Positions 40,577 through 51,056 of a DNA stretch of 64,000 bases are shown here, in pieces. The notes below the pieces were generated by a model. That model was not told the origin of the DNA, did no database searches, and was given only the letters and a program-made list of their open reading frames with translations. The DNA is from Sphingobacteriales bacterium (lineage in GTDB: Bacteria > Bacteroidota > Bacteroidia > UKL13-3). Numbering within the stretch: the stretch's first letter is position 1; the number at the start of each line of letters is the position of its first letter. The stretch covers positions 4,297-68,296 of the forward strand of contig JAJTEN010000026.1 in NCBI GenBank assembly GCA_021298155.1, in the 5' to 3' direction. The position numbers and the translations under genes are program-made.

Positions 40577-42109
40577 TTATTGTCTTACTTCTAATGCAAG
40601 TGAAGAAGGGATTGGAACTGCACCGGCAGGACCTTTAGCCTTGATGTTCATCAAGATAAAACGATCTCCAGGTTTTGCAGCATTTAAGAATCTCTTTGCT
40701 TCTGGTGATAATTGTTCTCCTGATCCATTAGCCACTTGCGCTTGACCTGTTTTCGGTTGATAAACTAAATTCCAGCTAATTGGTGTAAATTTAACTCCTT
40801 CAAAAGCAAAATCTTTTAATGCAGTTAAAACGAAATTAGCAGATTTTAATTGCCCCATAGAAACTGAACCAGATTGCTCAATTGAACCTAACATTGGAGT
40901 AGGCTTTGGAATCTGACGCACACGGTATTCTTTGGTACCCATTAATTTTCCTTCTACAGATGCAGAAATGCTAACAGTTCTATTTGAACCATCTACTTCC
41001 AACATATATTCTCCACCACTACCTACTTTTTTCAAATTTCCACCCACACATTTAACATCCACCTTGTTGGCGCTAAAGCCTGGAACTGAAACTGAAATAG
41101 GATTTTCTAAACCAATGTATACCACATTCATTTTTGTAGCAGAGATTACAGCTAAAGGAGCTACTACAAAGAATGAACCTTCTTTTTCATAAGTTTCTTT
41201 CTTACCACTAGAATTAGTGGTTGTAATAACCGCTTTAAATTTATTTTCACCTTCGCGACCAGCAGTCACTTCATATTTACCAATACCACTTTCATTCTTT
41301 AACGGCGTACCATTTACAGTGATAGAAGCTTCAGATCTTGAACTTGAAGCAGCCAAGAAAATTTCAGCTTGGTATTTATTACCTAAAGTAATGTTTGTAC
41401 CGTTAACTGGAATGATTTGAGGAGTTAATTGATCAATAATCATTACGTTGGCAGTTAAAGATGATTTTAACTCATCTAAAATTTGCGCCTCGGTATTCTT
41501 AATATCATTTTGAGTTTTTGACATCAAAGCCACAACAGCTGCTAAAGGGGTATGTTCAAACATTTCAGACTCCCAAGTTTTGTTTGAATTCTTAGGATCC
41601 TCAGTTGTTAAATCACTCTTAATGAGTGATTGTTTTTCTTTAGGCAATATGGCTAATAATTTTTCTCTTAACTCATTAATTTTAGCTTTAACCTCGGCAC
41701 CTTTACCTTGGTTAATCATTAGGTTAGCGTGTAATTCAATATTACTTGCTTGTGCAATCTCATTTTCAGGATTACCATCTTTACGTCCACCAGCAGTAGT
41801 AATTAACTGTTCTTTTAAGTCTGCAAAATAGGCAACACCTTCATCTGCAATTTTCTTAACCTGTAACGATTTATTAAAAACATCTGTCCCGGTTGGATCG
41901 GTAGGAATATCCTTGTGATATTTTGCAATTGCAGCCATGGTACCATCATTCTTTTTATCAATGTTCATACCCGCGCGGTCCATGCTTATCTCCACCATGT
42001 GGAAGGATTTCAAGATTTCAGCAGATACATTTAATGCTAACAATGCAGTTAACACTAAATACATCATATTGATCATCTTCTGCCTTGTACTTACTTTACC
42101 TCCAGCCAT
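40577..42109 (-). CDS. gldM: gliding motility / T9SS protein GldM (PorM)
   Basis: 510 aa. Single N-terminal TM (MINMMYLVLTALLALNVSAEI) then periplasmic domains. Sits between gldL and gldN. Confidence 0.9.
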   Translation of the reverse strand: MAGGKVSTRQKMINMMYLVLTALLALNVSAEILKSFHMVEISMDRAGMNIDKKNDGTMAAIAKYHKDIPTDPTGTDVFNKSLQVKKIADEGVAYFADLKEQLITTAGGRKDGNPENEIAQASNIELHANLMINQGKGAEVKAKINELREKLLAILPKEKQSLIKSDLTTEDPKNSNKTWESEMFEHTPLAAVVALMSKTQNDIKNTEAQILDELKSSLTANVMIIDQLTPQIIPVNGTNITLGNKYQAEIFLAASSSRSEASITVNGTPLKNESGIGKYEVTAGREGENKFKAVITTTNSSGKKETYEKEGSFFVVAPLAVISATKMNVVYIGLENPISVSVPGFSANKVDVKCVGGNLKKVGSGGEYMLEVDGSNRTVSISASVEGKLMGTKEYRVRQIPKPTPMLGSIEQSGSVSMGQLKSANFVLTALKDFAFEGVKFTPISWNLVYQPKTGQAQVANGSGEQLSPEAKRFLNAAKPGDRFILMNIKAKGPAGAVPIPSSLALEVRQ

Positions 42110-42149
42110 TTCTTTATTCTTTGTATTTTACAAAAGTTTATAATTATAA

Positions 42150-42944
42150 TTAGTTACCACGCACGTTCATAGCAGCAAGCATGTTGCCGTATACGCTGTT
42201 TAATGAACCTAAGTTTTTGTTTAACTTATCCATTTCACCTTTAAAATGCTCAGCATTGGCATTTGTTTCGCTTAATGTACTAACTACCTTAGATAAACCA
42301 CCAACAAACTCATTGATACCTTTTAAATGATTGTTTGATTCAGCAATTTCAAGTTCATAAATTGAATTCAATGAAGCTAAGTTTTTAGTCATTTTTTCAA
42401 TTTGCGCACCGTACTCACGTGATCCTTCTGAAGCATTCACTAAACCTTCCATTGCATTTACTGCTTTGGTATATGAAGTGTTGATTCCTGTTAATGAATC
42501 AGCAGCTTGCTGAACATTTTTAGTGTAAGTATCAGTTGCTACTGCGGCAGTAGATAAATCTTTTAGATTGCTTACGTTTTCGCTTAATGTACGCATACCG
42601 TTACCTAGGCTATTAATTAAATCTGGACCAATTTTAGCTTCTTCCATCATCTTATCTAACTGCTGGGTAATTGATCCCTTATTGGCTGTTTTCTTATCTT
42701 TTGGTTCTAAACCTGCTAATTCTGGATACACTAATGTCCAATCTGGTTCTTGATGAGGTGGTTCAAACGCAGAAACAAAGAAAATCGCAGCTTCAGTTAA
42801 TAAACCTACCATCAACATCGCATCAGCACCAGGCCAGTGCAAAATTTTGAATAAAGCACCAACAATTACAACTGCTGCACCGATACCATAAGCCTTTGCC
42901 ATGAAAGACTTAAATCCTTTACTTTCTAATAAACTGTTTTTCAT
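42150..42944 (-). CDS. gldL: gliding motility / T9SS protein GldL (PorL)
   Basis: 264 aa. Two N-terminal TM helices (AYGIGAAVVIVGALFKILHWPGADAMLMVGLLTEAAIFFVSAFEPP) then a cytoplasmic domain. Confidence 0.9.
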   Translation of the reverse strand: MKNSLLESKGFKSFMAKAYGIGAAVVIVGALFKILHWPGADAMLMVGLLTEAAIFFVSAFEPPHQEPDWTLVYPELAGLEPKDKKTANKGSITQQLDKMMEEAKIGPDLINSLGNGMRTLSENVSNLKDLSTAAVATDTYTKNVQQAADSLTGINTSYTKAVNAMEGLVNASEGSREYGAQIEKMTKNLASLNSIYELEIAESNNHLKGINEFVGGLSKVVSTLSETNANAEHFKGEMDKLNKNLGSLNSVYGNMLAAMNVRGN

Positions 42945-42989
42945 TTTAGTTAAAATTTTACGTTTGAATGTTTGTTTAAATTATTTGTA

Positions 42990-44282
42990 TTATTTTTTAT
43001 CTCTGTTTGAACGACCGATATAGGTTTGAACTGTTCTAAATCCAGTATATGAATTTGCGCTATCTTGGTATTCATAGGTACGTGTACCATTTTGAATGTA
43101 ATGAGCTATATCTTTCCAAGATCCGCCTCTAATAACCTTACGTTTTAAAGTTTCAGGATCTTCCTCTTTCGCATCATATTGGTAATCTGAATTTAAATCA
43201 TGCGTAAATAAGTGTGCAGATTCCGCAAAAGAGGTAACAGTCCATTCTGCCACATTTCCACTCATGTCATATAAACCAAAATCATTCGGAAAGTAAGAAG
43301 CTACACGTATTGGATAAACACCACCATCTGCACCGTAATCTCCCCTGCCTGGTTTAAAGTTAGCTAAAGAACAACCTTTTGCATTTCTAACATAAGGTCC
43401 GCCCCATGGATACATCGTTTGGTCTCTTCCTGATCTAGCGGCGTATTCCCACTCATATTCCGTTGGTAATCTGAAAGCAGTTACTCCGTTTTCGCCATTA
43501 TAAGCGTAATATGAATTCATGTGAACAGTTCTCCAATGCGCAAATGCACGGGCCTGTTTCCAATTTACACCTACAACTGGATATTCATCATATTTTGGAT
43601 GCCAATAGTACATTGTTGAAATAGGCTCATTATATGCGTAGGTAAAATCGCGCATGAATACCAATGTGTCAGGGTAAATTTCTACAATTTCCTCACGTTT
43701 GAATTCGCCACGGTTTCTTTGATAAGACTCTTGCTTTTTAAGCATTGCAGCAGCGCGAAGATCTATATAATCGTAACGGTATTTAAGTTTACGCACATCT
43801 ATTTGCTTAGAGCGGTAATACACCTCGTTATTTTGATAATACATATCATTAACATCGCCACCTTTCATGTCTTCCCTATCCATTTTAATTCGATAGTTGA
43901 TCTCATGCTCACCTGTTTCTTCTTCGGTGATAGGATCAATGAGCGCATTCCAATATTTTTCGCCCAATTTCTCACGAAAAATAGAGTCCATCACTTCATC
44001 AACGAACTGACGATACTCGTTATTGGTGATCTCTGTTTCATCCATGTAAAAAGCAGTAATTGTAATCTGCTTATTAGGTGATATCATTTGATTAGGAATA
44101 TCCTGCTCATTTGAACCCACATGGATGGTACCTGAGGGAATGTAAACAGTACCGTATGGCTGCGGGTGAAACCAAGTGCTCCTGCCGCCTACTCCCATTA
44201 ATTCCCCTCTGTCGCTACTCAAGCCGCATCCACTTAGGATAACTGCTAAAGAATAGAAGAAAAACCATTTAAATTGCTTCAT
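42990..44282 (-). CDS. gldK: gliding motility / T9SS lipoprotein GldK (PorK), FGE-sulfatase-like fold
   Basis: 430 aa. Lipoprotein signal (ILSGCGLSS). Formylglycine-generating-enzyme-like motifs (GGSWKD, RVIRGGSW). Confidence 0.9.
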   Translation of the reverse strand: MKQFKWFFFYSLAVILSGCGLSSDRGELMGVGGRSTWFHPQPYGTVYIPSGTIHVGSNEQDIPNQMISPNKQITITAFYMDETEITNNEYRQFVDEVMDSIFREKLGEKYWNALIDPITEEETGEHEINYRIKMDREDMKGGDVNDMYYQNNEVYYRSKQIDVRKLKYRYDYIDLRAAAMLKKQESYQRNRGEFKREEIVEIYPDTLVFMRDFTYAYNEPISTMYYWHPKYDEYPVVGVNWKQARAFAHWRTVHMNSYYAYNGENGVTAFRLPTEYEWEYAARSGRDQTMYPWGGPYVRNAKGCSLANFKPGRGDYGADGGVYPIRVASYFPNDFGLYDMSGNVAEWTVTSFAESAHLFTHDLNSDYQYDAKEEDPETLKRKVIRGGSWKDIAHYIQNGTRTYEYQDSANSYTGFRTVQTYIGRSNRDKK

Positions 44283-44396
44283 TTTTATTTCAAATATAAT
44301 GACTGTAATGTGGCAAAAATATAAATTCCTAAGAATAATGCAAGTTTTGCCTAAAATATTTTTTTTGTTAGTTAAACGTAAACGTGTTGTAAATTA

Positions 44397-45395
44397 TTAC
44401 ATGAACCTCGGTGTATATCTAGATCTAATTACTTTTTCTCTCGGTGGAATTTTAATTCCAAAGCAGTAACGTAACATAAATTCATGTGAACCGCTGCTGT
44501 AATTTAAAATTCTAGACGTAGTTAAATCGTAACTGTAACCCACATTCAAACCAAAGGGGAATTCATATCCAACCAAAAGCACTGCAGCATCCATTGGACG
44601 CCAGGTTAAACCTCCTCTGATATTCTCGTTCCAAACAAGAAAACAGTTTAAGTCGGCCTGAATTTTAGCAGGATCTTTCTTCACCAAGATATTTGGTTGC
44701 AATTTCATGGTTGAATTTAATTGATAAGAACCTCCAGTAACAAAATACATATGCATTTCGCTTTCTTTGGTATCATGTGTCATCTCAATTTTATTCTGGT
44801 TAAGGTGCGTGGCAGACAAACCAGCATAAAATCCATCGATAACACCTAAAAGGTTATCTTTTGAATAATACAAACCAAAATCTACATCTAAAGCAGAACC
44901 TGTTTCCTTAGCATTGGGGATATTGGGGTCGTCTTTATCAATTGCATTAAAATCACCATCAATTGAAATTTGCATCATACCTACGCCCACACCAGCAGAC
45001 AAAATTCCATCGCCAATTGGTTGACGGTAAGAAAGCGCCATTCTTGGAATAACTGTATTGTAAAAACCGTTTACATCGCTTGAAAATGTAGCGCCAATTC
45101 CAATTCTTGAACCTAAGGCGGCATTTATTGAACCAACTAAATTACTTGGTGCATCTCCTCGGCGATAGGTTTTTCCATTACCCGCATCATAGGTTCCTCC
45201 ACCAAAACCCATCCATTGAGTTCTTTGAATAAGCGTAGCACATATTTTGCCATCTGTAGCGCCAGCATAACCTGCATTAAAATTCAATTTATTAAACATA
45301 AACTGACTGTAATGAGGGTCTTGTTGCGCCTTTGAAAACGGCATGTTGGAGAGCATTAATAACCCAAAAACAATTCGTGTAAAGCTTTTCTTCAT
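44397..45395 (-). CDS. porP: type IX secretion system membrane protein, PorP/SprF family
   Basis: ORF extends to 45422. Met10 at 45395 gives MKKSFTRIVFGLLMLS...AQQDPHYSQFMFN, the PorP/SprF N-terminal signature. C-terminal Phe. Directly upstream of gldK. Confidence 0.8.
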   Translation of the reverse strand: MKKSFTRIVFGLLMLSNMPFSKAQQDPHYSQFMFNKLNFNAGYAGATDGKICATLIQRTQWMGFGGGTYDAGNGKTYRRGDAPSNLVGSINAALGSRIGIGATFSSDVNGFYNTVIPRMALSYRQPIGDGILSAGVGVGMMQISIDGDFNAIDKDDPNIPNAKETGSALDVDFGLYYSKDNLLGVIDGFYAGLSATHLNQNKIEMTHDTKESEMHMYFVTGGSYQLNSTMKLQPNILVKKDPAKIQADLNCFLVWNENIRGGLTWRPMDAAVLLVGYEFPFGLNVGYSYDLTTSRILNYSSGSHEFMLRYCFGIKIPPREKVIRSRYTPRFM

Positions 45396-45507
45396 TCGAT
45401 TAAATTTATAATAATAACTCAATAACGTTTTTACGAATATAGAAATTATTATAAAAAAAAAGAAATCTTGTTGAAAATTATGTGAAATTACAAGAAACTA
45501 TACACAA

Positions 45508-46266
45508 TTAAACCGATTTGTTGTGGGTTTCAATGTGCTTGTCAACCGCAGTAATCATTGATGGCGTTTGTGGAGTAGGTGCTTGGATATTCGCGAGTAA
45601 TCCTGCATCTGTTATCGCTTTCAAGGTAGTAGCTCCAAAGCCTGCAATTAGGGTTTTATTCTGTTTAAACTTAGGAAAATTCTCGAAAAGTGAACGTATG
45701 TCGGCCGGACTAAAAAACGCGATAATGTCGTAATTGACATGTGTTAAATCAGATAAGTCACTTGAAATTATTCTGTAAAAGAAGGCTTCTTTAAAAGAAA
45801 TTTTGCTCTTCTTCATGAACTTTTCAATATCCTGCTTGCGCCAATCACTGCATGGAAATAAATACTTTTCTGTAGGGTGACTTTTAAACAAGGGAAATAA
45901 CTCTGTTTCTGTTCCTTTACCAATAAATATTTTCCGTTTTCTGACTTGAATATATTTTGATAAGTAGTTCGCAATACTTTCGTTAACGCAGAAGTATTTG
46001 AGCTCTATTGGAATTTCAATTTTTAACTCGGTACAAATTCTAAAAAAGTTGTCTACTGAATTTCTAGAATTTAAAATAATGGCAGTATAATCAAGTATAT
46101 TAATCTTTTGTTGTCTAAACTCCTTCCCAGCAATAGGTTCAACCATAATAAATGGCCGAAAATCCATCTTGAGTTTATATTTCTTCTCTAAATCAAACCA
46201 AGGCGATTTCAAACTTTCTGGCCTTGGCTGAGAGATGAGTATACTTTTAATTTTTTCTTTTTTCAA
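45508..46266 (-). CDS. hemD: uroporphyrinogen-III synthase (HemD)-like protein
   Basis: 252 aa. Two-lobed HemD-like pattern (ILISQPRPES...FRPFIMVEP...ILNSRNSVDNF). Confidence 0.6.
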   Translation of the reverse strand: MKKEKIKSILISQPRPESLKSPWFDLEKKYKLKMDFRPFIMVEPIAGKEFRQQKINILDYTAIILNSRNSVDNFFRICTELKIEIPIELKYFCVNESIANYLSKYIQVRKRKIFIGKGTETELFPLFKSHPTEKYLFPCSDWRKQDIEKFMKKSKISFKEAFFYRIISSDLSDLTHVNYDIIAFFSPADIRSLFENFPKFKQNKTLIAGFGATTLKAITDAGLLANIQAPTPQTPSMITAVDKHIETHNKSV

Positions 46267-46267
46267 T

Positions 46268-47230
46268 CTACCACCTATTTAAAAACACCTTAAATATTAC
46301 CAACCAAGGTAATATTTCAAGGGCGCAAAGATATAAAAATATGTATATAAATTGGAACTTACTAATTTGACTAATCATGATAATATTTTTTATTTGCCTA
46401 TAAATAACTGATAATAATATAGTTATAATTGAAATACTAGCTATAATATTTACTATTTTGGGGTCAGAAACAAATACAAAAAACAAATTAATGAACACCA
46501 ATGCAACTCCCAACACATTATTTAATATCAATGCATTAAAAATAATTACTGAACTCATTTGCTTCACTTTAAACAAATATCCAATAAATAAATTAAGCAT
46601 AATTTTACCTAGGTATAATGCAAACAAACCTATTGATAATTGAAGAAATAGGCCAGAATAATCACTATTGTCTAATTCATTATTAACGGCAAGAAGATTA
46701 CTAATAAAGAATGAAATAGAAACAATAAAATTGATAAATAGTCCGGTATGACTTGCTACATAAGTGCCAACTTTATCTGAATATTGACTAAAATCTGCTT
46801 GTAAATCGAAAGCCGATTGAACAATTTCATCGAATCTTTTTATGTGAATTAACCTGATTAATGCTAAAAATAAAAGATTAATGAGGAGTGTCCAAAATTT
46901 CCAAGATTCTCTTGGTTTATTCCTCAATTGAATTGCTTTTAACAAGGGTAAATCTCTAACAGATTCACTAGATTCAGTAGATGTTATTATTTTATTTACG
47001 ATCTCATTCCTAAAGAAATATTGGCGCATTTTGTTTGGCGTATGCAGGCTATCTAATAGGTTTTTCGGACTCAAATCTAACACTACCGCCATTTTATTGT
47101 TGGTATCTTTAGTTGCAAAAACGCTTGTATCTTGTGCATTTGCGAAGCCTTGTAAACAAAAAACAAACAGAAAAAAGAAGTGTATTACTCTAAACATGTA
47201 GTGCAAATTAAAAAAAATTAGTGAAGCCAA
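46268..47230 (-). CDS. DUF4271-like polytopic membrane protein
   Basis: 320 aa with signal peptide, an N-terminal soluble part and ~6 TM helices. Confidence 0.45.
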   Translation of the reverse strand: MASLIFFNLHYMFRVIHFFFLFVFCLQGFANAQDTSVFATKDTNNKMAVVLDLSPKNLLDSLHTPNKMRQYFFRNEIVNKIITSTESSESVRDLPLLKAIQLRNKPRESWKFWTLLINLLFLALIRLIHIKRFDEIVQSAFDLQADFSQYSDKVGTYVASHTGLFINFIVSISFFISNLLAVNNELDNSDYSGLFLQLSIGLFALYLGKIMLNLFIGYLFKVKQMSSVIIFNALILNNVLGVALVFINLFFVFVSDPKIVNIIASISIITILLSVIYRQIKNIIMISQISKFQFIYIFLYLCALEILPWLVIFKVFLNRW

Positions 47231-48971
47231 AATGAATTTTAGCTTGTTGGAAGTCTAAATTATTTCCAAGTTGCTTGCCTAAAGCATAATAAAGCGCAAA
47301 TACTCCCGCACCTGTTTCAATGTTCATGCCCATTCCTAAACCCCATGGATTATCTGCAATAGGTTTTGTAAATACAGAATTTTCGTACCATGCACCATTC
47401 CAAAATATCATAAATCCACTGTTTTGTTGAAACAAATAACGTAATTCAAAATTGCCAATCAAGTATTTGTTTGCGAATATACTTTGTTCGTCAAAACCCT
47501 TTAAGGTTTTTAATCCACCAATTCTAAATAACTCATTCAAAAATAAATTTTGATTCATGAGAAAGGCTGTATTTAGCTGGCTTAACAGCACCCAATTCTT
47601 CTTTAGTGGAATATAATACGAGAAATTTCCTTGAATTTTATACTGCATACTAAACAATTGAACAGAATCATACAATCGGTAAAATTCATTATTTCCTTTG
47701 TAAATGGGAAGCTCTTTGAGTTCAGTCATAGGTACTATTCTCTTTGTACCTGCTGCTACATCTATGTGCAGTAAATATCCTTTTCTGGGATTAAAAAAGT
47801 AATCGAGGGTAGATTTTCTGATGGCTAAGCCATATATGTTATTCAATACATCATGAATTGCGGGTAGTCTTTTGTTTACTTTAACAAACTGTGTATCGAT
47901 GGTAAAACTGCTAATGGTTTGATTTTGGAAGTAAAATTTCAAATAATTATTCCCACCCAATCTGTATTGAAGTCCGATATCATTCACCAGTTCAATCCAA
48001 GAAGAATCAAATTTTGCTAGCTTAAAACTATAATCTACCGCCAATCTCGTTTTCAAAAAATAAGGCCAAAGAAATTTAACTTGCAGATCTTGTGAATTGT
48101 TTAAATACCCACGATACACCAATTCAAAATTTTTACCCGTACCAAACAAATTGGCCAATTTTAAATTCATGTCGCCTGTAAGTACCAACTTATTGTTGAT
48201 CTGACTATTTGGGGCAAATCCAACAACGCCATCAAAATTAGAAGCCTTGCGGTGATTAATATACACATATGGTTTGGCCTTATTTCCATAAAAGTAAACA
48301 CCAGTAGGTTGTGCCACTTGCACATAAGCTAATTCGCTTAACCTACTATCTAATTTTCTAATTAAATCTTCTTGATAAACCATACCTGGCTTATAATTGG
48401 CAAACAATTGAAGAAAGTCTTTATTAACTTTTGCGGTTCCACCAAAGTCGATACTATCCAAGTAAATTAAGTTATTTTTGATTAGGTTAATTTTAGCAGA
48501 GCACCCAAGCGAATCGCAGTTTACAGAATCTAATCCAATTTGGGCAAATGGATAGCCATTGTTTTCAGCAAAATCTAAAATTGTATTTAAATATTTACTT
48601 AAACCCAATGCTTTCAAAGGTTTACCTTGCATCGCTTTTAATTCATTACCCAGCCATTCTGGAGGCACATTGCCCAAATCTAAGTGATGTAACACATAGG
48701 TTCGACCCAAATTAAATTGTAATAGAAAACTATCTTGCCCCAAAGGTTTGATAGTATATTGGGTACTTAAATAGTTGTGTTCATAGCACTGTAAGAGAAT
48801 TTTTTGTGCATAATTTGAAAGCGAATTGGAATCTAACCATTGTGCCTTTTCGAACTGTTTATAGAGCTTTTCATGCGCTGGAGAAAAGCTTGTCTGAACC
48901 CAATAAGTACCTTGTGCAAACGCAAATTGCATGCATAATACAAGTAAACATACTGGCGTTATCTTTTTCAA
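47208..48971 (-). CDS. Omp85/BamA-TamA family outer-membrane protein (surface antigen D15)
   Basis: 587 aa with signal peptide and a POTRA-like N-terminal region. C-terminal beta-barrel ending ...HFGFTNFF. Confidence 0.6.
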   Translation of the reverse strand: MKKITPVCLLVLCMQFAFAQGTYWVQTSFSPAHEKLYKQFEKAQWLDSNSLSNYAQKILLQCYEHNYLSTQYTIKPLGQDSFLLQFNLGRTYVLHHLDLGNVPPEWLGNELKAMQGKPLKALGLSKYLNTILDFAENNGYPFAQIGLDSVNCDSLGCSAKINLIKNNLIYLDSIDFGGTAKVNKDFLQLFANYKPGMVYQEDLIRKLDSRLSELAYVQVAQPTGVYFYGNKAKPYVYINHRKASNFDGVVGFAPNSQINNKLVLTGDMNLKLANLFGTGKNFELVYRGYLNNSQDLQVKFLWPYFLKTRLAVDYSFKLAKFDSSWIELVNDIGLQYRLGGNNYLKFYFQNQTISSFTIDTQFVKVNKRLPAIHDVLNNIYGLAIRKSTLDYFFNPRKGYLLHIDVAAGTKRIVPMTELKELPIYKGNNEFYRLYDSVQLFSMQYKIQGNFSYYIPLKKNWVLLSQLNTAFLMNQNLFLNELFRIGGLKTLKGFDEQSIFANKYLIGNFELRYLFQQNSGFMIFWNGAWYENSVFTKPIADNPWGLGMGMNIETGAGVFALYYALGKQLGNNLDFQQAKIHFGFTNFF

Positions 48972-49027
48972 TTATTTTAGAAACGTTTTGTAAACTCCTT
49001 AATTGCTCCGTTCTTCGCAGGGTTGCT

Positions 49028-50155
49028 ATGGCCGGAATTTATATTCACATACCTTTTTGTAAACAAGCTTGTTATTATTGTAACTTTCATTTTAGCACTG
49101 TTCTTTCATACAAAGAAAAGCTTGTGGAAGCAATTGCAAAAGAACTATTTTTAAGAAAAGATTACTTAAAGAACCAAGCCATACAAACTATTTACTTGGG
49201 GGGCGGCACGCCTAGCTTGTTGGATCCAAGGGAACTCGATATTATTTTTAATACCCTGCACAAAGCATTTGATTTGTCGGCCATTAAAGAATTTACACTT
49301 GAGGCAAACCCAGACGACCTAAACAGTAACTTTTTAAATTATTTAAAAAAGAGTCCAATAAATCGATTGAGCATAGGCATTCAAAGCTTTAACGATACTG
49401 ATTTGCAATTTATGAACCGCGCGCACAAAGCAGAGGAGGCTATTAATTGTATAAAAACTGCTCAAAACATTGGATTTAATAATATTAGTATCGACTTAAT
49501 ATACGGTATTCCGGGTATGAACTTGGAAAGATGGCATCAAAATCTAGCCACTGCTTTTTCATTACACATTCAGCATTTATCTAGCTATTGCCTCACCATT
49601 GAACCTAAAACAGTATTTGGGAACCAACTGGCCAAGAATCATTTTATTACAACACCAGAAGAAGATAGTGAGGAGCAGTTTTTATATTTAATTGAGCTAG
49701 CAGGTAAGGCCGGTTTTGAGCAATATGAAATTTCAAATTTTGCCAAAGACAAAGCCTATGCCCAACACAATACACAGTATTGGAAAGGTTCACCCTACTT
49801 AGGAGTAGGTCCGGGAGCGCATAGTTTCAAAGCAAATGAACGAAGTTGGAATATTTCAAACAACCAACAGTATATGCATGCGATTGAAAAAGGCATATTA
49901 CCTTTAGAAAGTGAAACACTCAGTATTGAAAACCAATACAACGAATGGGTTATGACAGGCCTACGAACCATATGGGGATTAAACCTAGATGAGGGCAAAG
50001 ACAAATTTGGTTCAGACCGAATGAGCTATTTACAGAAACAATTAGCGGTTTATATAAACCATGAGCAGGTTAAGCAAGTTAACAATACGCTAATTATAGC
50101 TGAGCATGCAAGGTTTTTAGCCGATGGGATTGCTTCTGCCGCATTTATGGTTTAA
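49028..50155 (+). CDS. hemW: radical SAM family heme chaperone HemW (HemN-like)
   Basis: Start set at MAGIYIHIPFCKQACYYCNFHF, the CxxxCxxC radical-SAM cluster motif at the N-terminus. The longer ORF from 48806 would overlap the Omp85 gene and adds no conserved sequence. Confidence 0.85.
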   Translation: MAGIYIHIPFCKQACYYCNFHFSTVLSYKEKLVEAIAKELFLRKDYLKNQAIQTIYLGGGTPSLLDPRELDIIFNTLHKAFDLSAIKEFTLEANPDDLNSNFLNYLKKSPINRLSIGIQSFNDTDLQFMNRAHKAEEAINCIKTAQNIGFNNISIDLIYGIPGMNLERWHQNLATAFSLHIQHLSSYCLTIEPKTVFGNQLAKNHFITTPEEDSEEQFLYLIELAGKAGFEQYEISNFAKDKAYAQHNTQYWKGSPYLGVGPGAHSFKANERSWNISNNQQYMHAIEKGILPLESETLSIENQYNEWVMTGLRTIWGLNLDEGKDKFGSDRMSYLQKQLAVYINHEQVKQVNNTLIIAEHARFLADGIASAAFMV

Positions 50156-51056
50156 TGGCAAATGCCTGCTTAAAAATAAGACTATCATCCTCAGTTGATT
50201 GATGCAAAACAGCATATTTGCCATTGTTGCTAAGACTTAAACGGTTTACAGATTGGTCTATTTTCTTTTCATATACCAACATACCCAAAGAATCAATTAA
50301 TAAAAACGAAGCTTGAGCCTGAATTGCAGGCGCCAATGCTAATAAAACCAACTGTTTGTATGGCGCATTCGTAGCAATATACATTTGGTGAACTGGATAG
50401 GTGCTGCATGGAATTGAAAAGTTAAATCCATTTCTATTATTGATAAACAAAATTTGATTTCCTTTGGGCTGAACCAACAACGAATCGAACAATTGAGTTG
50501 GGATGGCAGGCAATAATACAGGAGTAGAATCGGGCAAAACTGAAAGCTCTTCTACCCTATCTGTGCTTGCTGTTTGAAACAATTTTGGTTTTATATCTGC
50601 CACTTTGTAAGCCTCTAGGGTTTGGTAAAAAGGCTTTACTAAAAGGGTAAAAAACAAATAGGGTGCAATAATAATTAAGCTATAATTCATGAGTTGAAAT
50701 ACATATTCTTTGGCAAGCTTATTGGCTGCCACAAAAACAATCCAACCAATTATAGCACCAGCACCCGCACACAAAAGCGTGATTGGAAAAAACCACCAGA
50801 AACTGCTAAACAAATCATTCTCTATATAAAAAAACTGATTTTGGGCCTGCAATAGCACATAGGAAATGCAACTAATACAGTAAAAAACAAAAGAATAAAA
50901 TAGTATTCCATATGATTTGATAGAAGCGTTTTTTTGGAATTTAACTTTCAATAAGTAAAACAAAAAAAGCATGCTTAATAGAGAAATACTAAGCCATAAA
51001 CTATTTGTTTCTTGCAGAATGGATATCAAAAATTCGTACCACATAAATCTATTCAA
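50145..51056 (-). CDS. hypothetical membrane protein (303 aa)
   Basis: Four N-terminal TM helices plus a ~150-aa C-terminal soluble domain. 8-nt overlap with the upstream permease gene. Confidence 0.45.
   Translation of the reverse strand: MNRFMWYEFLISILQETNSLWLSISLLSMLFLFYLLKVKFQKNASIKSYGILFYSFVFYCISCISYVLLQAQNQFFYIENDLFSSFWWFFPITLLCAGAGAIIGWIVFVAANKLAKEYVFQLMNYSLIIIAPYLFFTLLVKPFYQTLEAYKVADIKPKLFQTASTDRVEELSVLPDSTPVLLPAIPTQLFDSLLVQPKGNQILFINNRNGFNFSIPCSTYPVHQMYIATNAPYKQLVLLALAPAIQAQASFLLIDSLGMLVYEKKIDQSVNRLSLSNNGKYAVLHQSTEDDSLIFKQAFAIKP

Noticed and set aside
48806-49027. N-terminal extension of the hemW ORF
   Set aside because: It would overlap the convergent Omp85 gene by 166 nt. The radical-SAM CxxxCxxC motif follows immediately after the internal Met at 49028, which is the expected HemW start.
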